NCBI GenBank assembly: GCA_046485285.1
Contig: JAWOHE010000085.1
Span: forward strand, 1 to 17,479
From: a bacterium
Lineage (GTDB): Bacteria > Hydrothermota > Tepidihabitantia > Tepidihabitantales > Tepidihabitantaceae
Direction of reading: 5' to 3'
Length of the DNA: 17,479 nucleotides
Below are positions 8,885 to 17,139 of this stretch, piece by piece (position 1 is the stretch's first letter; each line of letters opens with the position of its first letter). The notes under the pieces were generated by a model. It was not told the DNA's origin. It made no database searches and saw nothing but the letters and a program-made list of their open reading frames with translations. Both the position numbers and the translations under genes were made by a program.

Positions 8885-9769
8885 GTGGCGTACTTCCTGC
8901 AACAGCTGATCAACGGCCTCCAGCTCGGTTTCGTGTACGCGCTGATCGCCCTCGGCTACACGATGGTCTACGGCATCGTCCGGCTCATCAACTTTGCCCA
9001 CGGCGACGTCTTCATGGTCGGCGCCTATCTGGGCTTCTACGCGCTCGCGAACTGGCACCTGCCGTTCCCGGTCGCCATCCTCGTCGCGATGGCGGGCTCC
9101 GCCGCGCTGGGCGTGTCCATCGAGCGGGTGGCCTACAAGCCGCTGCGCAACGCGCCGCGCATCTCGGCGCTGATCACTGCGATGGGCGTGTCGCTGTTCA
9201 TCGAGAACTTCGCCAACCTGAACTTCGTCTTCGGCCCGACGCCGCGCGCATTCCCGCGGCCGTTCGCGCTGCGGACCTACTCGCTGGGCGGCGTCAGCCT
9301 GACCAACGTTCAGCTCCTCGTCTTCGGGGTGGCAATCCTGCTGATGGTCGCGCTGACGCTGTTGGTGAACCGCACGCCGATCGGCCGGGCGATGCGGGCG
9401 GTATCGACGGACAAGGACACCGCGCGACTGATGGGCATCAACGTCGATACGGTCATCTCGGTGACGTTCGGCATCGGCTCGGCCCTGGCCGGTGCGGGCG
9501 GGGTGCTGTTCGGGATCGCCTACCCGCAGATCCAGCCGATGATGGGCATCATGCCCGGGCTCAAGGCGTTCGTGGCCGCGGTGCTGGGCGGCATCGGGGT
9601 TATCCCGGGAGCGATGCTCGGGGCGGTGATAATGGGCGTGGTCGAGACATTCACGTCGGCCTATGTCAGCTCGACACTGCGGGACGCGGTAGCGTTCGCG
9701 ATCCTGATCGTCGTTCTGCTGGTCCGGCCGAGCGGGCTGCTGGGCAAGGGCGGGAGCGAGAAAGTCTGA
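8885..9769 (+). CDS. livH: Branched-chain amino acid ABC transporter permease LivH
   Basis: QQLINGLQLGFVYALIALGYTMVYGIVRLINFAHGD, GRAMRAVS and GLKAFVAAVLGGIG; hydrophobic throughout. Confidence 0.95.
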   Translation: MAYFLQQLINGLQLGFVYALIALGYTMVYGIVRLINFAHGDVFMVGAYLGFYALANWHLPFPVAILVAMAGSAALGVSIERVAYKPLRNAPRISALITAMGVSLFIENFANLNFVFGPTPRAFPRPFALRTYSLGGVSLTNVQLLVFGVAILLMVALTLLVNRTPIGRAMRAVSTDKDTARLMGINVDTVISVTFGIGSALAGAGGVLFGIAYPQIQPMMGIMPGLKAFVAAVLGGIGVIPGAMLGAVIMGVVETFTSAYVSSTLRDAVAFAILIVVLLVRPSGLLGKGGSEKV

Positions 9770-10800
9770 TGGCGCGGCCGGAATCCGCAAGGGCGGGCGT
9801 GGGCCCGGGGGGCCGCGCCGGCGGGCGCGGGCCCCGGTTCGGGCCGGGGCTGGTGGCGCTGGCCGCGACACTGGTGGTCTATGCGGCACTGCAGTTGCTG
9901 ATGGCGACGCGGGTCCTGAATCCGTACTGGCAACAGATTGCCAGCCTCGCGGGCATCACCGCGATATCGGCGCTGGGACTCAACCTCGTCTACGGCTACA
10001 CCGGGCAATTCTCGCTCGGCCACGCGGCGTTCTACGGCATCGGCGCCTATGCCTCGGCGCTGGTGACCCGCTGGCTGGGTCCGAGCCTGCCGGCGCTGCT
10101 GGTCGGCATGGCCGCCGGCGCGGTGCTGGCCGGCGTCCTCGCGTTCCTCGTCGGCCTGCCGATACTACGGTTGCGGTCCGACTACCTGGCTATCGCGACG
10201 CTTGGCTTCGGCATCATAGTGAAGGTCCTGCTCGACAACTCCGACAAGGTCGTCCCGGCGATGGGCGGCTCGGCCGGGATGTGCGGAATTCCGCGGCTGA
10301 CGACTTTCTGGCTGGTGTTCGTCACCGCGCTGGTGGGGGTGCTGCTGCTGCGCAACCTGGTGTTTTCGTCGGCCGGCCGGGCGCTGGTCTCGGTCCGCGA
10401 AGACGAGCTGGCGGCCGAGGCGGTCGGGGTGAACACGACGAAGTACAAGACACTGGGGTTCACGATCGGCTGCGTCTACGCCGGGATCGCGGGCGCGCTC
10501 TACGCGCATCTGTATGCCTACCTGAACCCGTTCAACTTCGACTTCCTGAAGTCGATTGACGTGCTGCTGGTTGTGGTACTCGGCGGGCTGGGGAGCATCT
10601 CGGGGACCCTGGTCGCGGCGGTTGCCTGGACGTTCCTGCTCGAAGGCCTGAGGGTGGTGCTGCCGGCGGCGGTGCAGGACTGGCGAATGGTGATCTACCC
10701 GCTGGTCATGGTTGTCTTCATGCTGTTCCGGCCGGCCGGGATCTTCGGCGGGACCGAGTTTCGCTTCCTGCGCCCGCGGGACCCGGGGAGGGGACGGTGA
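9769..10800 (+). CDS. livM: Branched-chain amino acid ABC transporter permease LivM
   Basis: LGLNLVYGYTGQFSLGHAAFYGIGAY, LRLRSDYLAIATLGFG, REDELAAEAVGVN and VVLGGLGSISG. The true start is ATG 9769 (TGATG coupling to livH), not ORF-track 8824. Confidence 0.93.
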   Translation: MARPESARAGVGPGGRAGGRGPRFGPGLVALAATLVVYAALQLLMATRVLNPYWQQIASLAGITAISALGLNLVYGYTGQFSLGHAAFYGIGAYASALVTRWLGPSLPALLVGMAAGAVLAGVLAFLVGLPILRLRSDYLAIATLGFGIIVKVLLDNSDKVVPAMGGSAGMCGIPRLTTFWLVFVTALVGVLLLRNLVFSSAGRALVSVREDELAAEAVGVNTTKYKTLGFTIGCVYAGIAGALYAHLYAYLNPFNFDFLKSIDVLLVVVLGGLGSISGTLVAAVAWTFLLEGLRVVLPAAVQDWRMVIYPLVMVVFMLFRPAGIFGGTEFRFLRPRDPGRGR

Positions 10801-11567
10801 GCGCCATCCTGTCGGCGCGCGGGCTGGTGATGCGGTTCGGCGGGCTGGTCGCGGTGAACGACTTCTCGCTCGAGGTCGCCGAGGGCGAGCTGGTCGGGCT
10901 CATCGGCCCGAACGGTGCGGGCAAGACGACGGTATTCAACATGGTGACCGGGATGTACCGACCGTCGGCGGGCCGGGTCGGGTTCCTCGGCCGGGACATC
11001 ACCGGCTGGAAGCCGCACCGCATCTACCAGGCGGGCGCGGCGCGCACGTTCCAGAACATCCGGCTGTTCCGCGAGCTTTCGGTGCTGGACAACGTCCGGG
11101 TGGCAGACCATCACCGGGGCGGGGCGGGCGTGCTCGCCTCGATGCTGCGCACGCCGCGCTTCCGGCGCGCGGAGCGGGAGATGACCCGGCGCGCCCAGGA
11201 GCTACTGGATATGATGGGACTCGCCGACCGGGCGGGTGAGCTCGCGCGCAACCTGCCCTACGGCGAGCAGCGCCGGCTGGAGATCGCCCGGGCGCTGGTG
11301 TCGCGGCCGAGGCTCCTGCTGCTCGACGAGCCGGCGGCGGGGATGAACCCGGCCGAGGTCGGCAGGCTCATGGAGCTGATCCGCTTCGTCCGGGACCGGT
11401 TCGAGCTGACCGTGCTGTTGATTGAGCACCAGATGAAGGTCGTGATGGGTATCTGCGAGCGGGTTGTCGTGATGGAGTTCGGCCAGACCATCGCCGCCGG
11501 AAGGCCGGCCGAGGTCCAGGCCGATCCGAAGGTCATCGAGGCTTACCTCGGGACGGCGGGAGGGTAG
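10797..11567 (+). CDS. livG: Branched-chain amino acid ABC transporter ATP-binding protein LivG
   Basis: Walker A GPNGAGKT, ARTFQNIRLF, LPYGEQRRLE, Walker B LLLDEPAAGMN and C-terminal VIEAYLG. GTGA overlap with livM. Confidence 0.95.
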   Translation: MSAILSARGLVMRFGGLVAVNDFSLEVAEGELVGLIGPNGAGKTTVFNMVTGMYRPSAGRVGFLGRDITGWKPHRIYQAGAARTFQNIRLFRELSVLDNVRVADHHRGGAGVLASMLRTPRFRRAEREMTRRAQELLDMMGLADRAGELARNLPYGEQRRLEIARALVSRPRLLLLDEPAAGMNPAEVGRLMELIRFVRDRFELTVLLIEHQMKVVMGICERVVVMEFGQTIAAGRPAEVQADPKVIEAYLGTAGG

Positions 11568-12272
11568 GTGCTGCTCGAGGTCCGCGACCTGGTCGTTGAC
11601 TACGGTGCAATCCGGGCGCTGCACGGGGTGAGCTTCGAGGTCAACGAAGGTGAGATCGTCACGCTCATCGGCGCCAACGGCGCGGGCAAGAGCACGATCC
11701 TGCGGGCGGTGTCCGGGCTGGTGAAGCCGGCGGCGGGGGCGATATCGTTCGAGGGGAAGCGCATCGACGGCCGGCCCGGTCACGCCGTCGCGCGGCTCGG
11801 CCTGGCGCACGTGCCCGAGGGCCGGCGGCCGTTCACGGAGATGACCGTGCGCGAGAACCTCCTGCTCGGCGCCCACAACCGGCCGCGGTCCGAGGTCGCG
11901 GGCTCGATGGAGCAGGTCTTCAGGTCGTTCCCGCGACTGCGCGAGCGGCTCGGGCAGACCGCCGGGACGCTGTCGGGCGGCGAGCTTCAGATGCTCGCAA
12001 CCGCGCGCGGCCTGATGGCGCGGCCGAGGCTCCTGATGCTCGACGAGCCCTCGATGGGTCTCTCGCCGATCCTCGTCCGCGAGATATTCTCGATCATCGA
12101 GGGGATCAACCGCCAGGGGACGTCGATCCTGCTCGTCGAGCAGAACGCATTCATGGCGCTCTCGATTGCCCGTCGCGCCTACGTGCTCGAGACCGGCCGG
12201 GTCGTGCTCGCCGGGCCGGCGGCGGAGCTGCGCGAGCACCCGCGGGTCCGGTCCGCCTACCTCGGCGAGTAG
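11568..12272 (+). CDS. livF: Branched-chain amino acid ABC transporter ATP-binding protein LivF
   Basis: Walker A GANGAGKS, VPEGR, LSGGE, MLDEPSMGLSP, LVEQNA and C-terminal AYLG. Confidence 0.95.
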   Translation: MLLEVRDLVVDYGAIRALHGVSFEVNEGEIVTLIGANGAGKSTILRAVSGLVKPAAGAISFEGKRIDGRPGHAVARLGLAHVPEGRRPFTEMTVRENLLLGAHNRPRSEVAGSMEQVFRSFPRLRERLGQTAGTLSGGELQMLATARGLMARPRLLMLDEPSMGLSPILVREIFSIIEGINRQGTSILLVEQNAFMALSIARRAYVLETGRVVLAGPAAELREHPRVRSAYLGE

Positions 12273-12281
12273 CCCGCACGC

Positions 12282-12309
12282 TTGACCGAGCCGGCTGGCG
12301 GGTTAGTAT
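12282..12309 (+). promoter_or_regulatory. Sigma70-like promoter
   Basis: TTGACC (12282-12287)-N16-TAGTAT (12304-12309), followed by AAAGGAGG and ATG 12331. Confidence 0.65.
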
Positions 12310-12330
12310 TGGTCAGCAAAGGAGGCAGTG

Positions 12331-12804
12331 ATGACCAGAAGCAGTTTGCACGCCATCGCGGTTCTCTGCGGGCTCGCACTCGTTCTCGGCCCGGCCTGCA
12401 TGAAGTGCGGTGAGGGCATCGCCGAGAAGGCCGTTGAGAAGGCGGTCGAGCAGGCGACCGGCGGCAAGGTCGACATCGACGCGGGTTCGGGCGTCGACCT
12501 GTCCGGCCTGCCCGGCTACCTGCAGTACCCGGGCGCAAAGGCGACCGGGCGGTTCAGCATCGCCTCGGGCGACGGGTCGGGCGCGACCTATTCGTTCGAG
12601 ACGCCGAACGACCGCGCGGCGGTCGTGGGCTGGTTCAAGAGCAGCCTTGCCGGCCAGTCCTGGAAGGAGACGATGGCGATGGAGACCGACGAGAGTACCG
12701 TGCTGACCTACGGCAGCGCGGACGAGAAGTCGTTCACGTCGGTCGTCGTCGGCACCGGCGACGGCAAGACCACCATCGCGGTCACCCTCGGCAGCAAGAA
12801 GTAA
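12331..12804 (+). CDS. Hypothetical lipoprotein
   Basis: SD GGAGG 12321-12325; basic N-terminus, hydrophobic stretch and LGPAC lipobox-like site; EKAVEKAVE helix then a G/S/T-rich domain; gene-like codon usage. Confidence 0.8.
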   Translation: MTRSSLHAIAVLCGLALVLGPACMKCGEGIAEKAVEKAVEQATGGKVDIDAGSGVDLSGLPGYLQYPGAKATGRFSIASGDGSGATYSFETPNDRAAVVGWFKSSLAGQSWKETMAMETDESTVLTYGSADEKSFTSVVVGTGDGKTTIAVTLGSKK

Positions 12805-12823
12805 CCGGCAGGAACCAGACATT

Positions 12824-12849
12824 GCGGGGCGGGCGTCGGCCCGCCCCGT
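12824..12849. terminator. Stem-loop between convergent genes (possible bidirectional terminator)
   Basis: CGGGGCGGGC-GTCG-GCCCGCCCCG, a perfect 10-bp stem between stops at 12804 (+) and 12867 (-). Weak U tract. Confidence 0.6.
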
Positions 12850-12866
12850 GCCTTGGCGTGATGCCG

Positions 12867-14003
12867 TCAGGGCAGGACGACGAGTCGAGCGCGGTCGGTT
12901 CCCGTGCAGAGGAACCACACACCGGGCGCGAGCGCCGGACAAGCCGCGCCCGGTCTCGTCCGCGCGCCGACCCGGCCGTCGGCCGAGACCAGCACGGCGT
13001 CCCTGCCCGTCGGGCCGGGCAGCGGCGCGCCCGGGCGGATGACCCGGCCGGGCGCGGAGGCGGCGAGGCTGACGGCCGGCATCTCCTCGAGGGCCAGCGG
13101 CCGCTCGATGCGCTCCACAAGCGCGACGGGCTGGCCGCTGACCTGGCCGCCGATTGCGAACAGCCAGGGCTCGATACAGGCAACGGCCAGGAACGCGCGG
13201 GCGACGCTGAGCGAGGCCCATTCACGCCAGACCTGCCGCCAGGCATCGTACTGGAACAGGTTGGGCGTCAGCCGCGCGCCAGGCGCCCAGCCACCGACGA
13301 CGTAGAAGTTGCGCGCGTTGTTGTGGGAGCCGGCCGCGGCGCGCGGCCACGGCATCGGCGGGTGGGTGTACCAGTTGTCATCAACGGCGTCGTAGAACTC
13401 GACGTTGTCGAGGATGGTGACGCCGAGGTGGTCGGTGCCGCCCAGCGCGCCGACCCAGTCCCAGCCCGAAGCCCAGGCTGCCTCGCAACGTGGGGTTGGC
13501 ATCGGGGCGTACTCCTGCCAGTGGCCGGTCCCGGGGTCGTAGGCGTCGAGCCTCCTGAGCGTCGCGGTCGAGTTGCGGCCACCGATTGACCAGACCTTCC
13601 CGGCGGCAGCGCGCCCGCCGTGGCTGGCGCGCGGCGAGGGCAGGGGTTCGATATGGGACCAGGTGCCGGTCAGCGTGTCGAAGGCCTCGGCCGCGTCGAG
13701 CAGGTTACCGGCTTCGCCCCAGCCCCCGAAGGCGTAGATCCTCCCATCGAGCGCGGCGGCGCCGAAGCGGTGCCGGGCGACGAGCATCGGCGTGCCGATG
13801 GTCCAGGTGTTGGCCTCCGGGTCGTAGACGAAGACCGTGCGGGTCTTGATGCCGCCGGCCGCCGAGCCGCCGAGGTAGTAGACCCGGCCGGCGAGTTCGA
13901 CCGCACAGCCGGAGTAGCGCGGCTCGGGCAGGGGCGCGACCGAATCCCACTGCAGGGCGGCGGCAAGCGTCGCGAGGGCGAGGCAGAGCGTCGTGATTCT
14001 CAA
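12867..14003 (-). CDS. Secreted Kelch-repeat (beta-propeller) protein with C-terminal sorting-like tail
   Basis: Signal peptide MRITTLCLALATLAAA. Six Kelch repeats (R...Y/W-x-x-GG...YDP...W). Then ALEE and the tail ...SADGRV...LAPGVWF...RLVVLP. TTG start with GGAG upstream. Confidence 0.88.
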   Translation of the reverse strand: MRITTLCLALATLAAALQWDSVAPLPEPRYSGCAVELAGRVYYLGGSAAGGIKTRTVFVYDPEANTWTIGTPMLVARHRFGAAALDGRIYAFGGWGEAGNLLDAAEAFDTLTGTWSHIEPLPSPRASHGGRAAAGKVWSIGGRNSTATLRRLDAYDPGTGHWQEYAPMPTPRCEAAWASGWDWVGALGGTDHLGVTILDNVEFYDAVDDNWYTHPPMPWPRAAAGSHNNARNFYVVGGWAPGARLTPNLFQYDAWRQVWREWASLSVARAFLAVACIEPWLFAIGGQVSGQPVALVERIERPLALEEMPAVSLAASAPGRVIRPGAPLPGPTGRDAVLVSADGRVGARTRPGAACPALAPGVWFLCTGTDRARLVVLP

Positions 14004-14022
14004 CAGCCGGCTCCGATTGCCA

Positions 14023-14050
14023 ATTATCGGTCGGATCGGAGTTATGTCAA
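14023..14050 (-). promoter_or_regulatory. Sigma70-like promoter of the Kelch gene
   Basis: Minus strand TTGACA (14050-14045)-N16-GATAAT (14028-14023). Confidence 0.65.
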
Positions 14051-14069
14051 GGCCCGGCCGGTGGGGAGG

Positions 14070-16010
14070 TCAGTCCTGCCAGCGTCCGAGCTCGCGGCCG
14101 GTCTTGTCGAGAAGCCCGCGGTGCTCGGCCGCCAGCGTCTCGAGCCAGGCCCGGCGGCGGGCCAGCTCCTGGAGCGCGTTCACCCGGCGCGATATGTCCC
14201 AGCCGACCGTGAGCACGCCGGAGACGTCACCGTCAGGGTCTCGAAAGGCGATCTTGGTCAGCCGGTACCAGGACGACTCCGGGCCGATCGCGTCCGGCAG
14301 GCAGACTTCGAGCTCGACCGGCTTCGAGCCGCCCAGCGCGCGGCGGTCGTGCTCGGCAATGAGCGCGGCGACCGGCTTCTTGAGCAGGTCGGCGTCGGTC
14401 CTGCCCTCGATTGCCGCGGCATCGTCGGCACCGAGCATCCGGAGCGCGAGCGGGTTGGCGAGGCGGTAGCGCAGGTCCTTGTCCTTCAGGCTGATTGCGA
14501 GGTTCGGGCTGGCGAGCAGGCCCTGGAGCCGGGACTCGGCCTGGCGCAGGGCAATCCCCGTCCGGTGCTGTTCGGAGACGTTGCGGATGAGCAGGAGCAC
14601 GCCGGTTTCGTACGGGTAGCTGGTGACCGAGAACCAGCCGGCACGGGGTTCCCGGCCGTCGTGGTAGAACGCCTCGTGGCGGGCGACCTTCTGCTCGCGC
14701 AGGGTCCGGCGGACCGCGGGCAGGAAGCCGACCTTCTCGAAGTCGGGGTAGAGCTCGGCGAGCGACCGGCCGACCGCCTCCGCGGCCGGGAGCGCGGTGG
14801 CGACCTCGGCGCCCGGACTCCACGTCAGCACCCTGAGCTCGGTGTCGAGCGTGGCGATGCCGTCGGCGACGCTCGCGACGATGGAGTCGAGCGAGCTCTG
14901 TCGGCGGGCGAGCGACTGCTCGAGTTCGAGCCGGCGCGTGACGTCAAAGGCGATCGCGTCGAAGGTCCGCCGACCGAGCGCGGCGGCGACCGACCCGCCC
15001 AGTTCGACCCAGCGCTCGGCCCCGGTCGTCTTGTTGCGGACCCGGAACCGGTAGTCGTCCGGCCAGGCGCCGGTCGCCCGGATACCGGCGTCGAGCTCGC
15101 GGACCCGGGCGAGGTCCTCGGGCACGACCTGGGCGTAGAAGGTCGAAGGGTCGGTCAGGATCGTGCCGGCCGAGATGCCGAGGATATCCTGGATCGACGG
15201 GCTGACCGCGACGATGCGGCCGTCCTCGCTGAAGCGCAGGACGACGTAGCCGCGGGCGTTCTCGACGAACGACCGGAAGCGCTCCTCGTTCTCGCGGAGC
15301 GACTGCTCGAGCTTGCGCCGGCGGAACTCGACGTCGCGGACGTCCTCGGCCCCCGCGGCGTCGGCCGGCGCGGCCGGCTCCGGCGCGGGCAGGCGGTCTG
15401 CGGCCGCCCGGGACTGGCTATCGGTTATGTCCTCGTGGAGCACGGCAATCCGGGTCACCGCGTTCTCGGAGTCGAAGAGCGGGAAAACAGTCGCCCGGAA
15501 GCAGACCTTGCTGCCGGGCACGCCGGGCAGGCCGATTTCGGTCGGGTCGTACCAGGTCGACGGGGTCTCGACCCGGGTGCCGGCGAGTACCCGCCTGACC
15601 TGGGGCTCGAGCAGGCCGGCACGCCTGAGTCCGCGCGGGTCGAAGAGCGAGATGCCGGGCGGCGGTATCTTGCCGAGAAGGCGCTCGGCCGCCTTGTTGC
15701 TGCGCAGGAGCCTGCCGTCGACCGCGAAGAGCTCAACCGCGACCGGGCAGGCATCGACGAAGCTCTCGAAGACCGCCGCGGCGCGCCGCTCGGCCCGGTC
15801 ACGCTCGGCCTTCTCGAACGCGGCCTGCTGTTCCCACTCGTCCTTCGGGCTGCGGCTGCCGAGCAGGCCGACCGCGAGCGGCGGGAGGAAGAACAGGAAC
15901 CCGGCCCGGCGGGTCCCGGCGCCGCCGGACGCCAGAAGGAACAACGCCAGCGCCGCGGCCGCGACACAGCCGGCGGTCGCCAGCGATTTGGGGCGGAAGC
16001 CGGCTCTCAT
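14070..16010 (-). CDS. Membrane-anchored multi-PAS (4 PAS/PAC) protein with no recognisable output domain
   Basis: Start ATG 16010, since the ORF-track extension to 16178 runs through the tRNA. Two N-terminal hydrophobic segments. Four PAS/PAC units end in EDIT, FDVT, RNVS and WDIS, linked by helices such as LRENEERFRSFVEN. Only ~40 aa follow the last PAS. Confidence 0.88.
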   Translation of the reverse strand: MRAGFRPKSLATAGCVAAAALALFLLASGGAGTRRAGFLFFLPPLAVGLLGSRSPKDEWEQQAAFEKAERDRAERRAAAVFESFVDACPVAVELFAVDGRLLRSNKAAERLLGKIPPPGISLFDPRGLRRAGLLEPQVRRVLAGTRVETPSTWYDPTEIGLPGVPGSKVCFRATVFPLFDSENAVTRIAVLHEDITDSQSRAAADRLPAPEPAAPADAAGAEDVRDVEFRRRKLEQSLRENEERFRSFVENARGYVVLRFSEDGRIVAVSPSIQDILGISAGTILTDPSTFYAQVVPEDLARVRELDAGIRATGAWPDDYRFRVRNKTTGAERWVELGGSVAAALGRRTFDAIAFDVTRRLELEQSLARRQSSLDSIVASVADGIATLDTELRVLTWSPGAEVATALPAAEAVGRSLAELYPDFEKVGFLPAVRRTLREQKVARHEAFYHDGREPRAGWFSVTSYPYETGVLLLIRNVSEQHRTGIALRQAESRLQGLLASPNLAISLKDKDLRYRLANPLALRMLGADDAAAIEGRTDADLLKKPVAALIAEHDRRALGGSKPVELEVCLPDAIGPESSWYRLTKIAFRDPDGDVSGVLTVGWDISRRVNALQELARRRAWLETLAAEHRGLLDKTGRELGRWQD

Positions 16011-16050
16011 CGGCCGGCCGAGCCGGTCGCCCGTGACAGGACCATTGGTC

Positions 16051-16078
16051 AGGATAGTGCCGCCCGAGTCAACGTCAA
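16051..16078 (-). promoter_or_regulatory. Sigma70-like promoter of the PAS gene
   Basis: Minus strand TTGACG (16078-16073)-N16-TATCCT (16056-16051). Confidence 0.6.
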
Positions 16079-16094
16079 GCGGCCGGGATGGATA

Positions 16095-16167
16095 AGCCGG
16101 CGGACGGATTCGAACCGTCGACCTGCGGTTTACGAAACCGCTGCTCTGCCAACTGAGCCACGCCGGC
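16095..16167 (-). tRNA. tRNA-Thr (anticodon CGT), CCA not encoded
   Basis: Reverse complement is GCCGGCGTGGCTCAGTTGGCAGAGCAGCGGTTTCGTAAACCGCAGGTCGACGGTTCGAATCCGTCCGCCGGCT. Acceptor stem GCCGGCG/CGCCGGC, D arm GCTC/GAGC, anticodon stem GCGGT/ACCGC with loop TTCGTAA, T loop TTCGAAT. Confidence 0.97.
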
Positions 16168-16176
16168 GAGAGCGCC

Positions 16177-16204
16177 ATTGTAGTCCCGGCACGCGGGGAG
16201 TCAA
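16177..16204 (-). promoter_or_regulatory. Sigma70-like promoter of tRNA-Thr
   Basis: Minus strand TTGACT (16204-16199)-N16-TACAAT (16182-16177), then a GC-rich discriminator, 9 nt before the mature 5' end. Confidence 0.7.
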
Positions 16205-16214
16205 GCCGGCCGCC

Positions 16215-16242
16215 TTGTCAGGCCCGGTCCCGGCAGTAGAAT
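16215..16242 (+). promoter_or_regulatory. Sigma70-like promoter, divergent from the tRNA promoter
   Basis: TTGTCA (16215-16220)-N16-TAGAAT (16237-16242), 9 nt before ATG 16252. Confidence 0.65.
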
Positions 16243-16251
16243 TACGGTGAG

Positions 16252-16917
16252 ATGCCGACGGTCAAGGTCCGCCGCGCGGACGGGTTCCACTGCTTCCACT
16301 GCAACGCCCGGGTCACCGAGGCCGATTCCCGCTGCCCGGCCTGCGGGCGCGAGTTCGCGGTCCCGGCCCAGGCTCCAGCCTTCCGGCCCCGCCGCATCGG
16401 CGAGCGGGTGCGGGAGGCCGGCCGGAGCCGGCGCAGGAGCTACTGGCTGGCGGTGGTCGTCCTCGCGGCGCTGGCGGTGGTGTCCGGGCTCGTCACGACC
16501 GCCCGGGGCCGACGGCCGATGCTGGCCAGGCCGTCAGTCCCCGAGCCGGAGTATTCGCTCCTGAAGACGACCGAACACCGGCTCGGCCGGGTCGAGCGGG
16601 CGAGCGTGTTCGCGCGGGTCCGGCCCGGCCTGCCCGACGACTCGCTCCGGGCGGCGCTTGACTGGCTGCTCTACCGGGTCGTCAACCCCCGGAACGTCAA
16701 GGCCAGCGGCAACCTGAGGGTCGTGTGGGCGTACCTGTTCGAGAGCGACTCCGCCCCGGTGACCGGCTGGCGGGCGATGGCAATCTGGCAGGAGCCCGGG
16801 CTGTCCGGGGCGGCCCGGCCGGCAGGCATCGGCGGCGACGCGGTCAGCGCCGGTGATATCGAGTACGACTTCACCAACGAGCTTCGGCCGGCGCCGGCGG
16901 GCGGCGAGGGCAGGTAG
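16252..16917 (+). CDS. Zinc-ribbon-containing single-pass membrane protein, function unknown
   Basis: N-terminal CFHC-x10-CPAC, an Arg-rich linker, TM helix YWLAVVVLAALAVVSGLV, then a ~130-aa C-terminal domain. Confidence 0.8.
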   Translation: MPTVKVRRADGFHCFHCNARVTEADSRCPACGREFAVPAQAPAFRPRRIGERVREAGRSRRRSYWLAVVVLAALAVVSGLVTTARGRRPMLARPSVPEPEYSLLKTTEHRLGRVERASVFARVRPGLPDDSLRAALDWLLYRVVNPRNVKASGNLRVVWAYLFESDSAPVTGWRAMAIWQEPGLSGAARPAGIGGDAVSAGDIEYDFTNELRPAPAGGEGR

Positions 16918-17105
16918 GTCCGTGCAGCCGCGCCGGGTCGGGCACCGCACCGGGCACTTCCCGGGCCGCCCGGATGGCGGCGCGGGGGGCAGGACTCCGG
17001 CGAGTCGGCAAGGCTGGTGCTGGTGGAATAGGGCGGCCACTTCTCTGGGCGGCCAGGGGGCCGGGGAAGTCGATACTGGGTATTGACACGCGGGGCAGGA
17101 TTCGC

Positions 17106-17133
17106 TTGACGGCGGCGGAGTCAGGCCGACAAT
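17106..17133 (+). promoter_or_regulatory. Sigma70-like promoter, probably leaderless transcript
   Basis: TTGACG (17106-17111)-N16-GACAAT (17128-17133), with ATG at 17140 only 6 nt downstream and no SD. Confidence 0.6.
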
Positions 17134-17139
17134 GACAGC

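Noticed and set aside
8824-9768. N-terminal 315-aa extension of the 658-aa ORF (apparent giant LivM)
   Set aside because: It is an alternative frame over livH. LivM begins at ATG 9769, coupled to the livH stop.
11960-12150. LivF lacking the H-loop histidine (LVEQN) as an inactive ATPase
   Set aside because: EQN at this position is normal for the LivF family.
16060-16110. tRNA-Thr as an integration site for a genomic island
   Set aside because: No integrase, no duplicate of the tRNA 3' end noticed in the window, and no compositional shift in flanking genes.
16011-16178. N-terminal extension of the PAS ORF
   Set aside because: It runs through tRNA-Thr and the PAS gene's own promoter. ATG 16010 precedes the hydrophobic segments.
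13620-16250. 876-aa plus-strand ORF and other long antisense or shadow ORFs (e.g. 1221-2546, 5185-6426, 6291-8042, 7699-8913)
   Set aside because: They are antisense or off-frame to well-supported genes, as expected from stop-codon scarcity in high-GC DNA, and have no recognisable motifs.
17083-17110. Perfect TTGACA at 17083 as a promoter
   Set aside because: No -10 element at 16-18 bp. The downstream TTGACG-N16-GACAAT fits better.
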